Origin: an uncultured virus (IMG/VR IMGVR_UViG_3300044640_001752)
Taxonomy: Duplodnaviria > Heunggongvirae > Uroviricota > Caudoviricetes
Length of the DNA stretch: 64,000 nt
Direction: 5' to 3' (one strand)
Virus record (IMG/VR): IMGVR_UViG_3300044640_001752
Made by a program: the position numbers and the translations under genes. The notes below the pieces were generated by a model. It ran no database searches. It saw only the letters and a program-made list of their open reading frames with translations, and was not told the DNA's origin. The first letter of the stretch is position 1, and every line of letters starts with the position of its first letter. Positions 1 through 12,558 of the stretch are shown here, in pieces.

Positions 1-189
1 GCCGGTGCTGGTTCTCCTGCCTTGTACCATATTGCTGGAATCACAGACGTCATTGACAGCACCACAGTCATGAAACTGTATTATTCTGGTAGTGTCTCTG
101 ATCTAGTTTGGAAATTCAACACTCCAGCCACAGGCGCCTGGCAATCAGGCGCACACTTTGATCTTTCTGGCACATATCAAGTAGCTTAA
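1..189 (+). CDS. 3' end of a gene truncated by the window edge; possible tail/structural protein C-terminus
   Basis: Frame 1 is open from base 1 to TAA at 187-189 (AGAGSPALYH...FDLSGTYQVA*). Confidence 0.5.
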   Translation, partial: AGAGSPALYHIAGITDVIDSTTVMKLYYSGSVSDLVWKFNTPATGAWQSGAHFDLSGTYQVA

Positions 190-196
190 ATACCAT

Positions 197-634
197 ATGA
201 AAAAACTCATCCTATTCTTACTCGTAGTGCCTTGCTTGGCACTAGCACAACCCAAACAACGACCTGGAGTGACCTATGACGCTGTGATCACCAGAGTCAT
301 AGACGGCGACACAGTGGGCATACAAGCCACTTGGTTACCAGCACCACTCAAACAGGAACTCAGTATCCGTGTGTTCGGAGTTGACACTCCTGAAAAGGGC
401 TTTCGTGCTCAGTGCCCCAGTGAAGCACAGCGTGGCGAAGCAGCCACAGCGTTTACCAAACAAATGATTGCCAACTCACAAAAGCGTCAAATTGTGCTCA
501 TGGACTGGGACAAATACGGCGGGCGTGTGTTGGGCGATGTGCTGTTAAACGGTGTTAGCCTACGCCAGCAACTGATTGCCAACGGATTTGCACGTGAATA
601 CTACGGTGAAGCCAAAACATCTTGGTGCAACTAA
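197..634 (+). CDS. Thermonuclease (SNase-like) with signal peptide
   Basis: RVIDGDT, IRVFGVDTPE and DKYGGRVLG motifs; hydrophobic N-terminal signal. Confidence 0.9.
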   Translation: MKKLILFLLVVPCLALAQPKQRPGVTYDAVITRVIDGDTVGIQATWLPAPLKQELSIRVFGVDTPEKGFRAQCPSEAQRGEAATAFTKQMIANSQKRQIVLMDWDKYGGRVLGDVLLNGVSLRQQLIANGFAREYYGEAKTSWCN

Positions 635-652
635 CTCGCCCGTAAATACGGG

Positions 653-1801
653 ATGACGAATTTCTATTGTGCCGCACCCTGGCGCGGCCTACATATCAAT
701 CCCAGGGGCGATGTAAAAACCTGCTGTGCAGGTAACCCCAACATGTTGGGCAATCTCAATCAAAATTCAATTGTGGAAATACTCAATAGTACACAAATGA
801 AAGAAATTAGATCCAGTTTATCGCAGGGAATCCCGCACGAGTACTGCAGTAATTGTGTACGTGCTGAAAGATTTGGTGCTGATTCAGAACGCAAGTGGCA
901 CAACAATGTCAATCCTGATTTTGATTATGCCGCTGCCGGCACTGAATATCACTATCCAGTGATTGTGGATGTGCGGTGGAATACCACTTGTAATCTCAGT
1001 TGCAACTACTGCGGAGAGTTTTGCAGTTCAAAATGGTCTGCTATAAAAAACATACCATTCAAGTCAGGTGCCCGTCCCTACTACGATCAAGTGTGCGACT
1101 TTATTGAGCAACATCAAGAACACATTCACGAAGTGGCATTAGTCGGCGGCGAACCCTTGTTGTTGCCAGAAAATGAACGCCTGCTGGATGTTATACCTGC
1201 CGATGCAATTGTTACGCTGATTACCAACCTCAATGTCAATTTAGAAAATAACAAAATTTTCAAGAAGTTGACAACCAGGAATAAGGTAGGCTGGAGCATG
1301 AGTTTTGATAACGTCGGAGATCGATTTGAGTATGTTCGACACGGCAGCAATTGGAATCTGTTAAAGCAAAATTTAGCTACAGTCAAAGATCTCATGACCA
1401 CACAAGGGCAGTGGGGCGGTATACATGCAGTTTATAATATTTACAATGCTACTCGTGTGTGTGAATTGAGAGAGTTTGCCGAAGAACAAGGTGTTAGTGT
1501 GTTATGGCAAAACTTATTCCAGCCTGAATATCTGGATCCGTTTTTACACAACGGACAATTGGCTGAGTTAGCTGCAGCCGAGATCGAGCGTTTCTATAAT
1601 CTAGGAATTACTCGTGACATGGATCGCAATTTTTTTGATCAAGCTTTAAGAACCTATCAAGGCAAAATTGGATCAACATCTACTATCGCTGCCAAGTTCC
1701 GACAACACATTGTTGTTAACGAAACTCGATATCACCCAGACAAGGCCGGCGAATTTGTTGAACTATGGCCTGAACTGAAATTTTTAATAGACACTCAATA
1801 A
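653..1801 (+). CDS. Radical SAM protein with N-terminal SPASM/twitch-like Cys cluster
   Basis: CNLSCNYC (CxxxCxxC) and GGEP; N-terminal C-x2-PW...CC...CxxC. Confidence 0.9.
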   Translation: MTNFYCAAPWRGLHINPRGDVKTCCAGNPNMLGNLNQNSIVEILNSTQMKEIRSSLSQGIPHEYCSNCVRAERFGADSERKWHNNVNPDFDYAAAGTEYHYPVIVDVRWNTTCNLSCNYCGEFCSSKWSAIKNIPFKSGARPYYDQVCDFIEQHQEHIHEVALVGGEPLLLPENERLLDVIPADAIVTLITNLNVNLENNKIFKKLTTRNKVGWSMSFDNVGDRFEYVRHGSNWNLLKQNLATVKDLMTTQGQWGGIHAVYNIYNATRVCELREFAEEQGVSVLWQNLFQPEYLDPFLHNGQLAELAAAEIERFYNLGITRDMDRNFFDQALRTYQGKIGSTSTIAAKFRQHIVVNETRYHPDKAGEFVELWPELKFLIDTQ

Positions 1802-1804
1802 ATT

Positions 1805-2605
1805 ATGACTAAAGATACAGGATATACCATAAACATCGCACCATCACTTAGTGATCAACCACCATTTCAACACAATTATTTTTACAAAGGATCGACTATA
1901 CATTGGAATGGGTCAGACCAGTTAGAACTTTATGAAAAAAACATGCAAACAAGTTCCGCTTATATCTTATTGCAGAAACACGGATGGATAAATTCGACCA
2001 TAGAATATTCGTACAACAGTCATGGATTCAGATGTTTAGAATTTGATGATAAGCCGTGTGCGCTAGCATTGGGATGTAGTTTTACTGAAGGAACAGGTTT
2101 ACATCTGTATCAAACTTGGTCTCGCCGTTTATCTTCAATGCTAGATTTTACAGTGCGGAATTTAGGAAGCGGCGGCGGCACAATTGATACAGTATTTAGA
2201 ATATTGGAACACTACATTGATCGGTTGAATACAAAATATATTTTTCTGTTGATACCTCCTGTAAATAGACTTGAGTATTGCGACATCGAAAATGAATTTC
2301 CTGTAATACACCCATCCAATATTAGGAATCATAAAAGTTTTGCCAAGGAATGGTTATCTCAACCGTTTAACGGAATTTATAACACAAAGAAAACCTTACT
2401 TGCTATAGAACAATTATGTGCAAAAGCTAACATTCCGCTATTTACATATTGCTCTCATGATGCACTTTCCGAGTATATTCATAATGACACTAGAAACACT
2501 GATTTTGCCAGAGATTTAATGCATCCAGGAGTTTCATATCAGGAATACGTGGCAAACATAATGTATTCAAAATTTCAATCTTTCAATAAAGCACACTATG
2601 GGTAA
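1805..2605 (+). CDS. SGNH/GDSL-like hydrolase-fold protein
   Basis: NSHGFR, ALGCSFTEG, NLGSGG and C-terminal D-x2-HPG. Confidence 0.6.
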   Translation: MTKDTGYTINIAPSLSDQPPFQHNYFYKGSTIHWNGSDQLELYEKNMQTSSAYILLQKHGWINSTIEYSYNSHGFRCLEFDDKPCALALGCSFTEGTGLHLYQTWSRRLSSMLDFTVRNLGSGGGTIDTVFRILEHYIDRLNTKYIFLLIPPVNRLEYCDIENEFPVIHPSNIRNHKSFAKEWLSQPFNGIYNTKKTLLAIEQLCAKANIPLFTYCSHDALSEYIHNDTRNTDFARDLMHPGVSYQEYVANIMYSKFQSFNKAHYG

Positions 2606-4148
2606 CAACACAGAATCGGCACTGGTCAAGTCCCCACATCAGAGAAATCTGTATACCGACCAACAAATACAAGAATTCATGGCTTGTGCTGACCCAGTAA
2701 TGGGTCCTTTGTATTTTATGGACAATTTCTTTTTTATACAGCATCCTACCCGCGGGCGCATGTTGTATCACCCATTTCCGTATCAAACTCGACTGATTGA
2801 AGTATATCATAACTATCGTTACAGCATATCGATGATGCCAAGGCAAACAGGCAAGTCAACTAGTGCTGCTGGATATCTCTTATGGTATGCTATGTTTGTG
2901 CCAGATTCTACCATACTGGTAGCAGCACACAAGTACACAGGCTCTCAAGAAATCATGCAGCGTGTCCGCTATGCTTATGAAAGTGTTCCAGATCATATAC
3001 GTGCCGGGGCCACAAACTACAACAAAGGCTCGATAGAATTTGACAACGGAAGTCGTATTGTGTCAGCTACCACAACTGAAAACACCGGTCGAGGTATGAG
3101 TATTTCGCTCTTGTATGCTGACGAATTTGCATTTGTGCGTCCCACTATTGCCACAGAATTCTGGACTTCGATATCACCTACCTTGGCAACAGGTGGTAAG
3201 GCCATTATTACATCGACGCCAAACTCAGACGAAGACCAGTTTGCCTTACTATGGAAAGGTGCCAATAAGTGTGAAGACGAGTATGGCAATCCAACTGAAG
3301 TGGGACAGAACGGATTCCGAGCCTATCGAAGCTTTTGGAATGAGCACCCCGACAGAGACGAAACCTGGGCTCAACAACAACGTGCTGCTTTAGGAGTTGA
3401 TCGTTTCCGTAGAGAAATGGATTGCGAATTCATTATTGCAGACGAAACACTGATTGCTCCTACTACACTAATTGACTTAGAAGGATGTAATCCTTTGTAT
3501 AAGACCGGCGAAGTGCGATGGTATAAAAAACCCTCTGCAGATCGCATCTATGTAGTAGGACTTGATCCCAGTCTGGGTACTGGGGGAGATCCTGCTGCAA
3601 TACAGGTATTCGAAGCAAACTCAACTGAGCAGGTAGCCGAATGGCGACACAACCGCACTGATATTCCATCACAAATTCGCATCTTAGCCGACATTATTCG
3701 ACACATCAACGATGTAGTGCGTGATCCTAAAAGTATCTATTACAGTGTGGAAAACAATTCAATCGGCGAAGCTGCTCTAATCAGCATTGCTGAATACGGC
3801 GAAGAAAACATACAGGGCTATTTCTTAAGTGAGCCTGGAAAAAATCGCAAAGGATTCAACACATCAAACAAGCCCAAATTGGCAGCTTGTGCAAAATTCA
3901 AGCATCTGATAGAAAGCAATCGAATGACAATTTCCAGTCCCAGTCTTGTAACCGAATTGAAGAATTTTGTAGCACACGGTGTCGGCTATGCAGCTAAACC
4001 AGGCGAAACTGACGATTTGATCATGGCAACTTTGTTGGTAACACGCATGCTGCAGGTACTGCAAAGCTATCACAGTGAACTAGACACTCAAATGCGAGAT
4101 CACCAAGACAGCATCATTGAACCTTTGCCGTTCATTATGTCAATGTAA
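2598..4148 (+). CDS. terL: Terminase large subunit (T4 gp17-like)
   Basis: Walker A PRQTGKST, Walker B LYADEFAF, ITSTPN, nuclease GLDPSLG and DDLIMA. Confidence 0.95.
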   Translation: MGNNTESALVKSPHQRNLYTDQQIQEFMACADPVMGPLYFMDNFFFIQHPTRGRMLYHPFPYQTRLIEVYHNYRYSISMMPRQTGKSTSAAGYLLWYAMFVPDSTILVAAHKYTGSQEIMQRVRYAYESVPDHIRAGATNYNKGSIEFDNGSRIVSATTTENTGRGMSISLLYADEFAFVRPTIATEFWTSISPTLATGGKAIITSTPNSDEDQFALLWKGANKCEDEYGNPTEVGQNGFRAYRSFWNEHPDRDETWAQQQRAALGVDRFRREMDCEFIIADETLIAPTTLIDLEGCNPLYKTGEVRWYKKPSADRIYVVGLDPSLGTGGDPAAIQVFEANSTEQVAEWRHNRTDIPSQIRILADIIRHINDVVRDPKSIYYSVENNSIGEAALISIAEYGEENIQGYFLSEPGKNRKGFNTSNKPKLAACAKFKHLIESNRMTISSPSLVTELKNFVAHGVGYAAKPGETDDLIMATLLVTRMLQVLQSYHSELDTQMRDHQDSIIEPLPFIMSM

Positions 4149-4154
4149 TAAATA
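4149..4154 (+). promoter_or_regulatory. T4-type late promoter core TAAATA
   Basis: TAAATA immediately after the terL stop and 5 nt before the next ATG; the motif recurs before many genes. Confidence 0.55.
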
Positions 4155-4159
4155 CAATT

Positions 4160-5539
4160 ATGCAGAATTCACCACAAACTCAACTATACAATATCTTAAT
4201 CACCCGGGACTTTGAGCCTGAGATTTTGGATGCCAAGGGCGTAGCCGTAGACAACCCAGACGAAGCTACAATGTTTAGTTTTGATTGGAAAACTGAAAAC
4301 AAAAATTACGGAACTGTGGTAATTTTATTCGGTGAAGACAACAACTTAAAAATATTTTTCGGTGATAATCTTGGTCGCAGCATGGAAGGTGCCGACAAAA
4401 GCGAATGGTACGAATTCTTAAATCAAATAAAGGAATTCAGTGTTCGTAACAACTTAATGGGATTTGATATCGAAAATCTCAACCGTCTCAAGTACACCAT
4501 GCAAGGCATTGCAGCCATCAAAGAAGGCCTGTTTGAAGGCTATTACGGTAACAAGAAGTTCAGCTACAGTGATCAACCCAAGCAGGTCAAACTGGTAATC
4601 AAACACAATCGTCCCTTGGGCGAAGGTGACAAGCGTTACAGAAATATTGAAAGCTTGTTTGTGGAAACACAGGATGGTGAACGATTCAAAGTTCCTAGCA
4701 AAAATCTTGCTCACGGAAGAATGCTGTCGCGACATATCAGCGAAGGCGGAAATCCTTACGATGCTTTTGGTCAGCACATTAACGAAATTGTCAGCGAAAT
4801 GAGTACACTGTCTAAATTTGTACGAGCTGCTAGAAGCAAGCAGTTCAGTGGCGACGCTGCTGCTATGTGCGAAACTGCTATTCGTCATTATCAAGACCTC
4901 AAAGACAAAGCCAAACGAATTATAAGTCAACGCGGGTATCATCGCGAATTAGAAAGCTACGATCCTGCAGCAGCAACCAATGCACAGGATCTAACTGATT
5001 CAATTAGAAACATGTTTATTGAGCAGTCACTGGACAGCAGAATTGAAGAAGCTATTCCGTTGTTGACAAAACTATCCGAAATGGGAAGATACAACGACAT
5101 GAAAGAAGCAGATCAATTTGAATCCTGGGCTGATTCAGTAACTGAAGGTACTTGGGCAACTCCCGACTCGCCTGCTAGTGAATCAAAATTGAAAGAACTC
5201 ATGGCACAAGAGATGCCAGTGGGGCCAGATGCAACCAATGCCACAGAACAACTGTATGATGTGTTTGGCGACGACGAATTGTTCGATCAGCTGGCTGACT
5301 TGGCTGCTGAAGATGCCAACGCCGACGCTAGACCTTTGGTGCAAGCCAGATTGGCCGAACTAGGGATCAATATAGAGATCCCTCCCACTGACCCGACTGC
5401 TGCTGCAACACCACCCCAAGATCAAGAATCAGTGCAAGCTGAGAATTTGGATGTGGATGGTGTTATGATGACCAAGCCCAGTAATATGAGCAGTGAGAGT
5501 GTAGAGCGTATTTTGCGATTGGCACAACTGCTCAAATAA
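4160..5539 (+). CDS. Hypothetical protein, probable virion/head-associated
   Basis: 459-aa ORF behind a late promoter; acidic, with several I/L/V-x-E sites. Confidence 0.55.
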   Translation: MQNSPQTQLYNILITRDFEPEILDAKGVAVDNPDEATMFSFDWKTENKNYGTVVILFGEDNNLKIFFGDNLGRSMEGADKSEWYEFLNQIKEFSVRNNLMGFDIENLNRLKYTMQGIAAIKEGLFEGYYGNKKFSYSDQPKQVKLVIKHNRPLGEGDKRYRNIESLFVETQDGERFKVPSKNLAHGRMLSRHISEGGNPYDAFGQHINEIVSEMSTLSKFVRAARSKQFSGDAAAMCETAIRHYQDLKDKAKRIISQRGYHRELESYDPAAATNAQDLTDSIRNMFIEQSLDSRIEEAIPLLTKLSEMGRYNDMKEADQFESWADSVTEGTWATPDSPASESKLKELMAQEMPVGPDATNATEQLYDVFGDDELFDQLADLAAEDANADARPLVQARLAELGINIEIPPTDPTAAATPPQDQESVQAENLDVDGVMMTKPSNMSSESVERILRLAQLLK

Positions 5540-5560
5540 ATTTATAAATTTTTACATAGA

Positions 5561-5568
5561 TATAAATA
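5561..5568 (+). promoter_or_regulatory. T4 consensus late promoter TATAAATA
   Basis: Exact TATAAATA upstream of the endonuclease gene. Confidence 0.7.
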
Positions 5569-5585
5569 GTATTAAGATTTAAAAA

Positions 5586-5617
5586 CAACTTAAACAGGCA
5601 ACTTAAACAGGCAACTT
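5586..5617 (+). repeat. Tandem CAACTTAAACAGG repeat (about 2.5 copies) in the endonuclease leader
   Basis: caacttaaacagg caacttaaacagg caactt. Confidence 0.85.
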
Positions 5618-5623
5618 ATTAAA

Positions 5624-6352
5624 ATGATACCATATACATATCTCATCAGATGGACCCAGCTAAACATTAGTTACTACGGCGTTAGATACGCTCAAGATTG
5701 CGACCCAGGTGATCTTTGGAATCCATACAAAACCTCATCCAAATACGTAGCAGAATTTATTGCTCGATACGGCGAGCCTGACGTTATCCAGGTGCGTAAA
5801 ACATTTACGGACGTTTCTGTTGCTCAAAACTGGGAGCATCGTGTATTGAAACGGGCAAGGGCAGTTAGTAGTGATAAATGGTTGAACAGAACGGATAACA
5901 AGTCTATTGCTCCGCTATATGGAGTAGACCATCCGCACTACGGTAAAAAAGGTGAAGCTCATCATTCCTACGGTAAACCAAATACAGGAGCCTCAAAGGC
6001 ACAAACGCAAAAGTGGGCTAATTTTGTTGGTCAGCATCCTTGGAGTGATCCAGAATTTATATCTCGTAATGTAGCAAGCAAAAGTGGTGATAATCATCAT
6101 ATGAAAAAAGCAGATGTAGCAGAGAAAATATCTGGTAAAAATAACTGGATATACCAAAAGCCTGGTGCGTTAGAAGCAAGAAGCAAACAGTTTATAGAAA
6201 TGAACAAGGCTCGCAAAGGCACGCACTACCGTAGGGTAGACTGTAAGTATTGTGGCAAAGATTACTCCTCTGTACAAATCAACCAGCACGAAAAGAGATG
6301 CGAAACGAATTTAGCCAGATTAGTAGCAAACACGAAACAATGTCGTGTATAA
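5624..6352 (+). mobile_element. Free-standing Seg-like (GIY-YIG-related) homing endonuclease
   Basis: N-terminal YTYLI...YYGVR...Y-x-TSS; NUMOD-like repeats (GEAHHSYGK, SGDNHHMKK, SGKNNW); C-terminal CKYC; next to ssb, as T4 segG is next to gene 32. Confidence 0.7.
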
Positions 6353-6353
6353 T
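6324..6353 (+). promoter_or_regulatory. sigma70-like promoter for ssb
   Basis: TAGCAA-18nt-TATAAT. Confidence 0.5.
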
Positions 6354-6427
6354 AGCATTGTAGTAAGGCAACATTTAAGACAACTTAACTTAAATCATAT
6401 TAAATCAACTTAGAGAGAAAATACAAA

Positions 6428-7420
6428 ATGGCCAGCTTAGCAGAAATCAGAGCAAGACTCCAAGCAGCAGAATCAAACAAAGGTGGACAATCATCCGGTG
6501 GTGGCGATAATGCAATTTATCCGCACTGGAATATGGAAGAAGGTAGTTCCGCACTCCTGCGTTTTCTTCCAGACGCAAACTCCAAAAACACATTTTTCTG
6601 GGTCGAACGAGCAATGATTCGTTTGCCGTTCAATGGCATCAAAGGAGAGATGGATTCTAAACAGGTACAAGTACAAGTACCATGCGTAGAAATGTGGGGC
6701 GAGGCATGCCCAATTCTAGCCGAAGTACGCGGCTGGTTCAAAGACAAGAGTCTTGAAGAAATGGGTCGCAAGTACTGGAAGAAGCGTAGCTACGTGTTCC
6801 AGGGCTTTGTGCGTGAGAATCCCATTACCGAAGACCGCACACCAGAAAATCCAATTCGTCGTTTCATTATCGGTCCGCAAATCTTTGCAACCATTAAGTC
6901 GGCTCTTATGGATCCTGAACTTGAGGAATTGCCAACAGACATGTTGCGTGGTCTGGACTTCCGTATTGCTAAAACCAGCAAGGGCGGATATGCCGACTAC
7001 AACACAAGCAAGTGGTCACGCAAAGAATCAGCCTTGACCGAAGCTGAACAAGCAGCAGTTGAGCAATATGGATTATTTGATCTTTCTTCATTCATGCCCA
7101 AGAAACCAACTGATGTTGAACTAAAGGTCATGAAAGAAATGTTTGAAGCTTCGGTGGATGGTCAACCGTATGACACAGAGCGGTGGGGACAGTACTACCG
7201 GCCGGCCGGAGTTCAGGCACCAGCAGGATCGTCAACAGAGTCAGCGACACCAGCAGTTGCAGCAGTAGCTAAATCTTCTGCACCAGTCGACGATGACGTT
7301 CCATTTGAGCCAGATGCTCCTGCACCTGCAGCAGCGGCGTCGCCGGTTGAAGCCAAACCAGCCGGCGGGCAAAATGCACAGGACATCTTGGCTATGATCC
7401 GGGCTCGTAATCAGAAGTAA
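6428..7420 (+). CDS. Single-stranded DNA-binding protein (T4 gp32-like)
   Basis: LRFLPD, CVEMWGEACP, KGGYADYNTSKWS; acidic/Ala-rich tail with DDDVPF. Confidence 0.85.
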   Translation: MASLAEIRARLQAAESNKGGQSSGGGDNAIYPHWNMEEGSSALLRFLPDANSKNTFFWVERAMIRLPFNGIKGEMDSKQVQVQVPCVEMWGEACPILAEVRGWFKDKSLEEMGRKYWKKRSYVFQGFVRENPITEDRTPENPIRRFIIGPQIFATIKSALMDPELEELPTDMLRGLDFRIAKTSKGGYADYNTSKWSRKESALTEAEQAAVEQYGLFDLSSFMPKKPTDVELKVMKEMFEASVDGQPYDTERWGQYYRPAGVQAPAGSSTESATPAVAAVAKSSAPVDDDVPFEPDAPAPAAAASPVEAKPAGGQNAQDILAMIRARNQK

Positions 7421-7430
7421 ACTTAACTCA

Positions 7431-7453
7431 GCAGAGGATTAATAATCCTCTGC
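7431..7453. terminator. Perfect hairpin after ssb (terminator or mRNA stabiliser)
   Basis: GCAGAGGATT-AAT-AATCCTCTGC; no clear U tract. Confidence 0.5.
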
Positions 7454-7462
7454 ATCTATATT

Positions 7463-8362
7463 ATGTATTTTTGTTTGGCATTTGAGAACTCAGGGGATGT
7501 ACTACCGTTTGAATCTGTTAACTCAGAAATTCTTGAGTATTATGTTGATTGTTTAAATCAACTTAAAATTAATTATTTTAAGATTTTTAATCCCACAGCC
7601 GAGACGATCCAGCAAAATATAAATGGATTAGACTCAATTATACAAAAGTTTAATGATATGCCAATACAGCATATCATCAATACCGATATTCACAGACCAA
7701 ACCATCTAACTTATTTAGATCAGTCTTATCTTAATAAATTACATGCAGATTGGGTAAGTTTTCAAAAACAGCAATACGTGATTGTGGATCAACGTAAAAG
7801 ATATAACAATTCTGAAATAGTGGAACAAATACATAACATTTATCCAGACGAGTTGCCGGTTGTTCGGGTAGGCGATATTTTAGACAAATTACATGTCAAA
7901 AAAGAGTTCGATGACATAAATCTTTATGTACATCAGCTGGAATCAATATTTAAATATGTTCGTGCTAAGTCCGAGATTGAGAATTGGATTGAAATGTCAA
8001 ATCCTTTTCCTAAGAGTTGTCTCAGTAACAGTACTGCTAATTTATCAATAGACTTTAATCATTTAGGACGTACACTGTATGACAAGTTTCAAAACTTTGA
8101 TACTGATTTGATGTACGACGACGAAAACTCCTACAACGAATTATTAAATTACGTAGCCATTAGGATCAAACCTCCCGAGACAATTTCAATGAGCGTAGAG
8201 TATGTGGAGTCGTGTCGTCGGAACAATCGCGAACCAATTGGCAATTTTTTAAATATTGGTAATCTTATTAATTTAAATGATAACTTGACAAAGTACAGGC
8301 AAATCTTGTATAAAAATATACAAGCGAATAATAGATTCTCAATTATATTACACAAGGAATAA
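7463..8362 (+). CDS. Hypothetical protein (AT-rich insertion between ssb and uvsX)
   Basis: 299-aa ORF; no recognised motif. Confidence 0.6.
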   Translation: MYFCLAFENSGDVLPFESVNSEILEYYVDCLNQLKINYFKIFNPTAETIQQNINGLDSIIQKFNDMPIQHIINTDIHRPNHLTYLDQSYLNKLHADWVSFQKQQYVIVDQRKRYNNSEIVEQIHNIYPDELPVVRVGDILDKLHVKKEFDDINLYVHQLESIFKYVRAKSEIENWIEMSNPFPKSCLSNSTANLSIDFNHLGRTLYDKFQNFDTDLMYDDENSYNELLNYVAIRIKPPETISMSVEYVESCRRNNREPIGNFLNIGNLINLNDNLTKYRQILYKNIQANNRFSIILHKE

Positions 8363-8364
8363 AC

Positions 8365-9429
8365 ATGGCAAAACCATTTGACGTAAGCAAATTCCGCAAG
8401 GAAATTACAAAAAGTATTGATGGACTCAGTATCGGATTCAACGATCCCACAGACTGGATCTCAACAGGCAATTACGCACTCAACTACTTGATCTCTGGCG
8501 ATTTCAACAAGGGTGTACCCTTGGGCAAGGTCACTGTGTTTGCAGGCGAGTCCGGTGCAGGCAAGAGTTATTTCTGCAGCGGCAACATTATCAAGAATGC
8601 ACAAGAACAAGGCATCTTTGTTGTGTTAGTTGATAGTGAAAACGCCCTGGATGAATCATGGATGAAGGCCCTGGGTGTAGACACCAGCCCAGAAAAACTT
8701 CTCAAACTGTCCATGTCCATGATCGATGATGTAGCAAAAACCATTGCCACATTCATGAGCGAATACAAATCTCTGCCCGACGGAGAACGTCCTAAAGTCT
8801 TGTTTGTTATTGACAGCCTGGGTATGTTGTTAACTCCTACAGATGTTAACCAGTTTGAAGCAGGCGAAATGAAAGGTGACTTGGGTCGTAAGCCCAAGGC
8901 CTTGACAGCCCTGGTTCGCAACTGCGTCAACATGTTTGGTAATTACAACGTGGGTATGGTCTGTACCAATCACACATACGCTAGTCAAGACATGTTTGAC
9001 CCTGATGACAAAATCTCAGGTGGACAAGGCTTTATCTACGCAAGTAGCATTGTTATTGCTATGAAAAAGCTCAAGTTGAAAGAGGACGAGGATGGTAACA
9101 AGATCTCTGATGTCATGGGTATTCGAGCCGCTTGCAAGGTCATGAAGACACGCTATGCTAAACCTTTTGAAGGCGTCCAGGTCAAGATTCCGTATGAAAC
9201 TGGTATGAATCCTTACAGCGGTCTAGTAGACTTGGCAGAAAAGCGTGGCTTACTAAAGAAAGACGGTAATAGATTGGCCTTTACCACAACTGATGGCGAA
9301 GTTATCAAACAGTTCCGCAAGGCCTGGGAAAGCAACGAAGATGGTTGCCTGGACAAGGTCATGCAAGATTTTTCCAAGCCAGTGGCTGAGGTAAGTACAC
9401 CTGACGTTGACACAGAAGGAGATGTATAA
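8365..9429 (+). CDS. uvsX: RecA/UvsX recombinase
   Basis: GESGAGKS, DSENA, FVIDSLG, TNHTY, SGGQG. Confidence 0.95.
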   Translation: MAKPFDVSKFRKEITKSIDGLSIGFNDPTDWISTGNYALNYLISGDFNKGVPLGKVTVFAGESGAGKSYFCSGNIIKNAQEQGIFVVLVDSENALDESWMKALGVDTSPEKLLKLSMSMIDDVAKTIATFMSEYKSLPDGERPKVLFVIDSLGMLLTPTDVNQFEAGEMKGDLGRKPKALTALVRNCVNMFGNYNVGMVCTNHTYASQDMFDPDDKISGGQGFIYASSIVIAMKKLKLKEDEDGNKISDVMGIRAACKVMKTRYAKPFEGVQVKIPYETGMNPYSGLVDLAEKRGLLKKDGNRLAFTTTDGEVIKQFRKAWESNEDGCLDKVMQDFSKPVAEVSTPDVDTEGDV

Positions 9430-9687
9430 ATGTCAGTAGATTTAGCAGCAGCAGTATGGGAAGAACTCAAACGTTATATCGGCACGTTAGACAGGACCGA
9501 AGCGGCCGATGCTATGGTCAACCTGTTGATAGACAGCAACTTTGATTCTGACGAAATTCGTGACGCATTTAAAGGTGATCCTGAAATTAAAAAAGCACTC
9601 AATGCTTACGTCAGTGATCGCTCGGATGACGAAGAAGAATCAGATGATGAAGATGCTGACTACGATGACGACGAAGAAGACTATTAA
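9430..9687 (+). CDS. Small acidic hypothetical protein
   Basis: 85-aa ORF with Asp/Glu tail, abutting uvsX. Confidence 0.7.
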   Translation: MSVDLAAAVWEELKRYIGTLDRTEAADAMVNLLIDSNFDSDEIRDAFKGDPEIKKALNAYVSDRSDDEEESDDEDADYDDDEEDY

Positions 9688-9689
9688 CC

Positions 9690-10142
9690 ATGTGGTATAA
9701 TCGCATAGTCACTGATCTCGGTACTATCCCAGACTTTGTGTCCTACTACGAAAGTCAGCTGATAGATGCCAAGAAAGATTGTCGCCTTGGTGGCTATGTT
9801 GAAATCAATATCAAAGAATTGCCCGGCATTACTGAGCATCGTTATGGTCAGTTGCAGGAAATCGAAGCAGTGCTTAACTTTTTAAATATTCAATTGAGAA
9901 AAATACGACGTAGACATTTTCAAAAATATTTAGAAGGTTATGCACGAGCTTTGACCAGTAGGGATGCAGAAAAATATGTTGACGGTGAGGACGAAGTAAT
10001 TGATTTTGAAACGCTGATCAATGAAGTGGCATTGTTACGTAATCGATGGTTAGGCATCATGAAAGGTCTTGAGAGTAAGCAATGGATGTCGGGCCATGTT
10101 GTAAAGCTACGAACAGCAGGCATGGAAGATATACAGGTATAA
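9690..10142 (+). CDS. uvsY: UvsY-like recombination mediator
   Basis: Helical 150 aa; KYVDGEDEV...KGLESKQW...KLRTAG pattern; close to uvsX. Confidence 0.7.
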   Translation: MWYNRIVTDLGTIPDFVSYYESQLIDAKKDCRLGGYVEINIKELPGITEHRYGQLQEIEAVLNFLNIQLRKIRRRHFQKYLEGYARALTSRDAEKYVDGEDEVIDFETLINEVALLRNRWLGIMKGLESKQWMSGHVVKLRTAGMEDIQV

Positions 10143-10144
10143 CT

Positions 10145-10377
10145 ATGTTAATGCCCTTAGATAAACAAATGTACAATAGTGATACGTTCCGAGATCGTGC
10201 TGTATGGAGAATGAAATTTGCCTGGCGTCCTGTTCGATGCTATATATCAAACCGGTGGATCTGGTTGGAATTGTCCTATAAGGGAAGTGCCATGTGGTTT
10301 GGACCAGGCGAACCAGTAGTGGTGTATCGATGGGTCAAGTCAGATGAATATCTTGTGGCAAAAATCAAAGGAATATT

Positions 10378-10381
<4 letters not shown>
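10145..10381 (+). CDS. Hypothetical protein
   Basis: KFAWRPVRC...WIWL; start re-placed to ATG 10145; ATGA overlap with next gene. Confidence 0.6.
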
Positions 10382-12539
<2,158 letters not shown>

Positions 12540-12558
12540 TTGAGTTAAATAGTTATAT

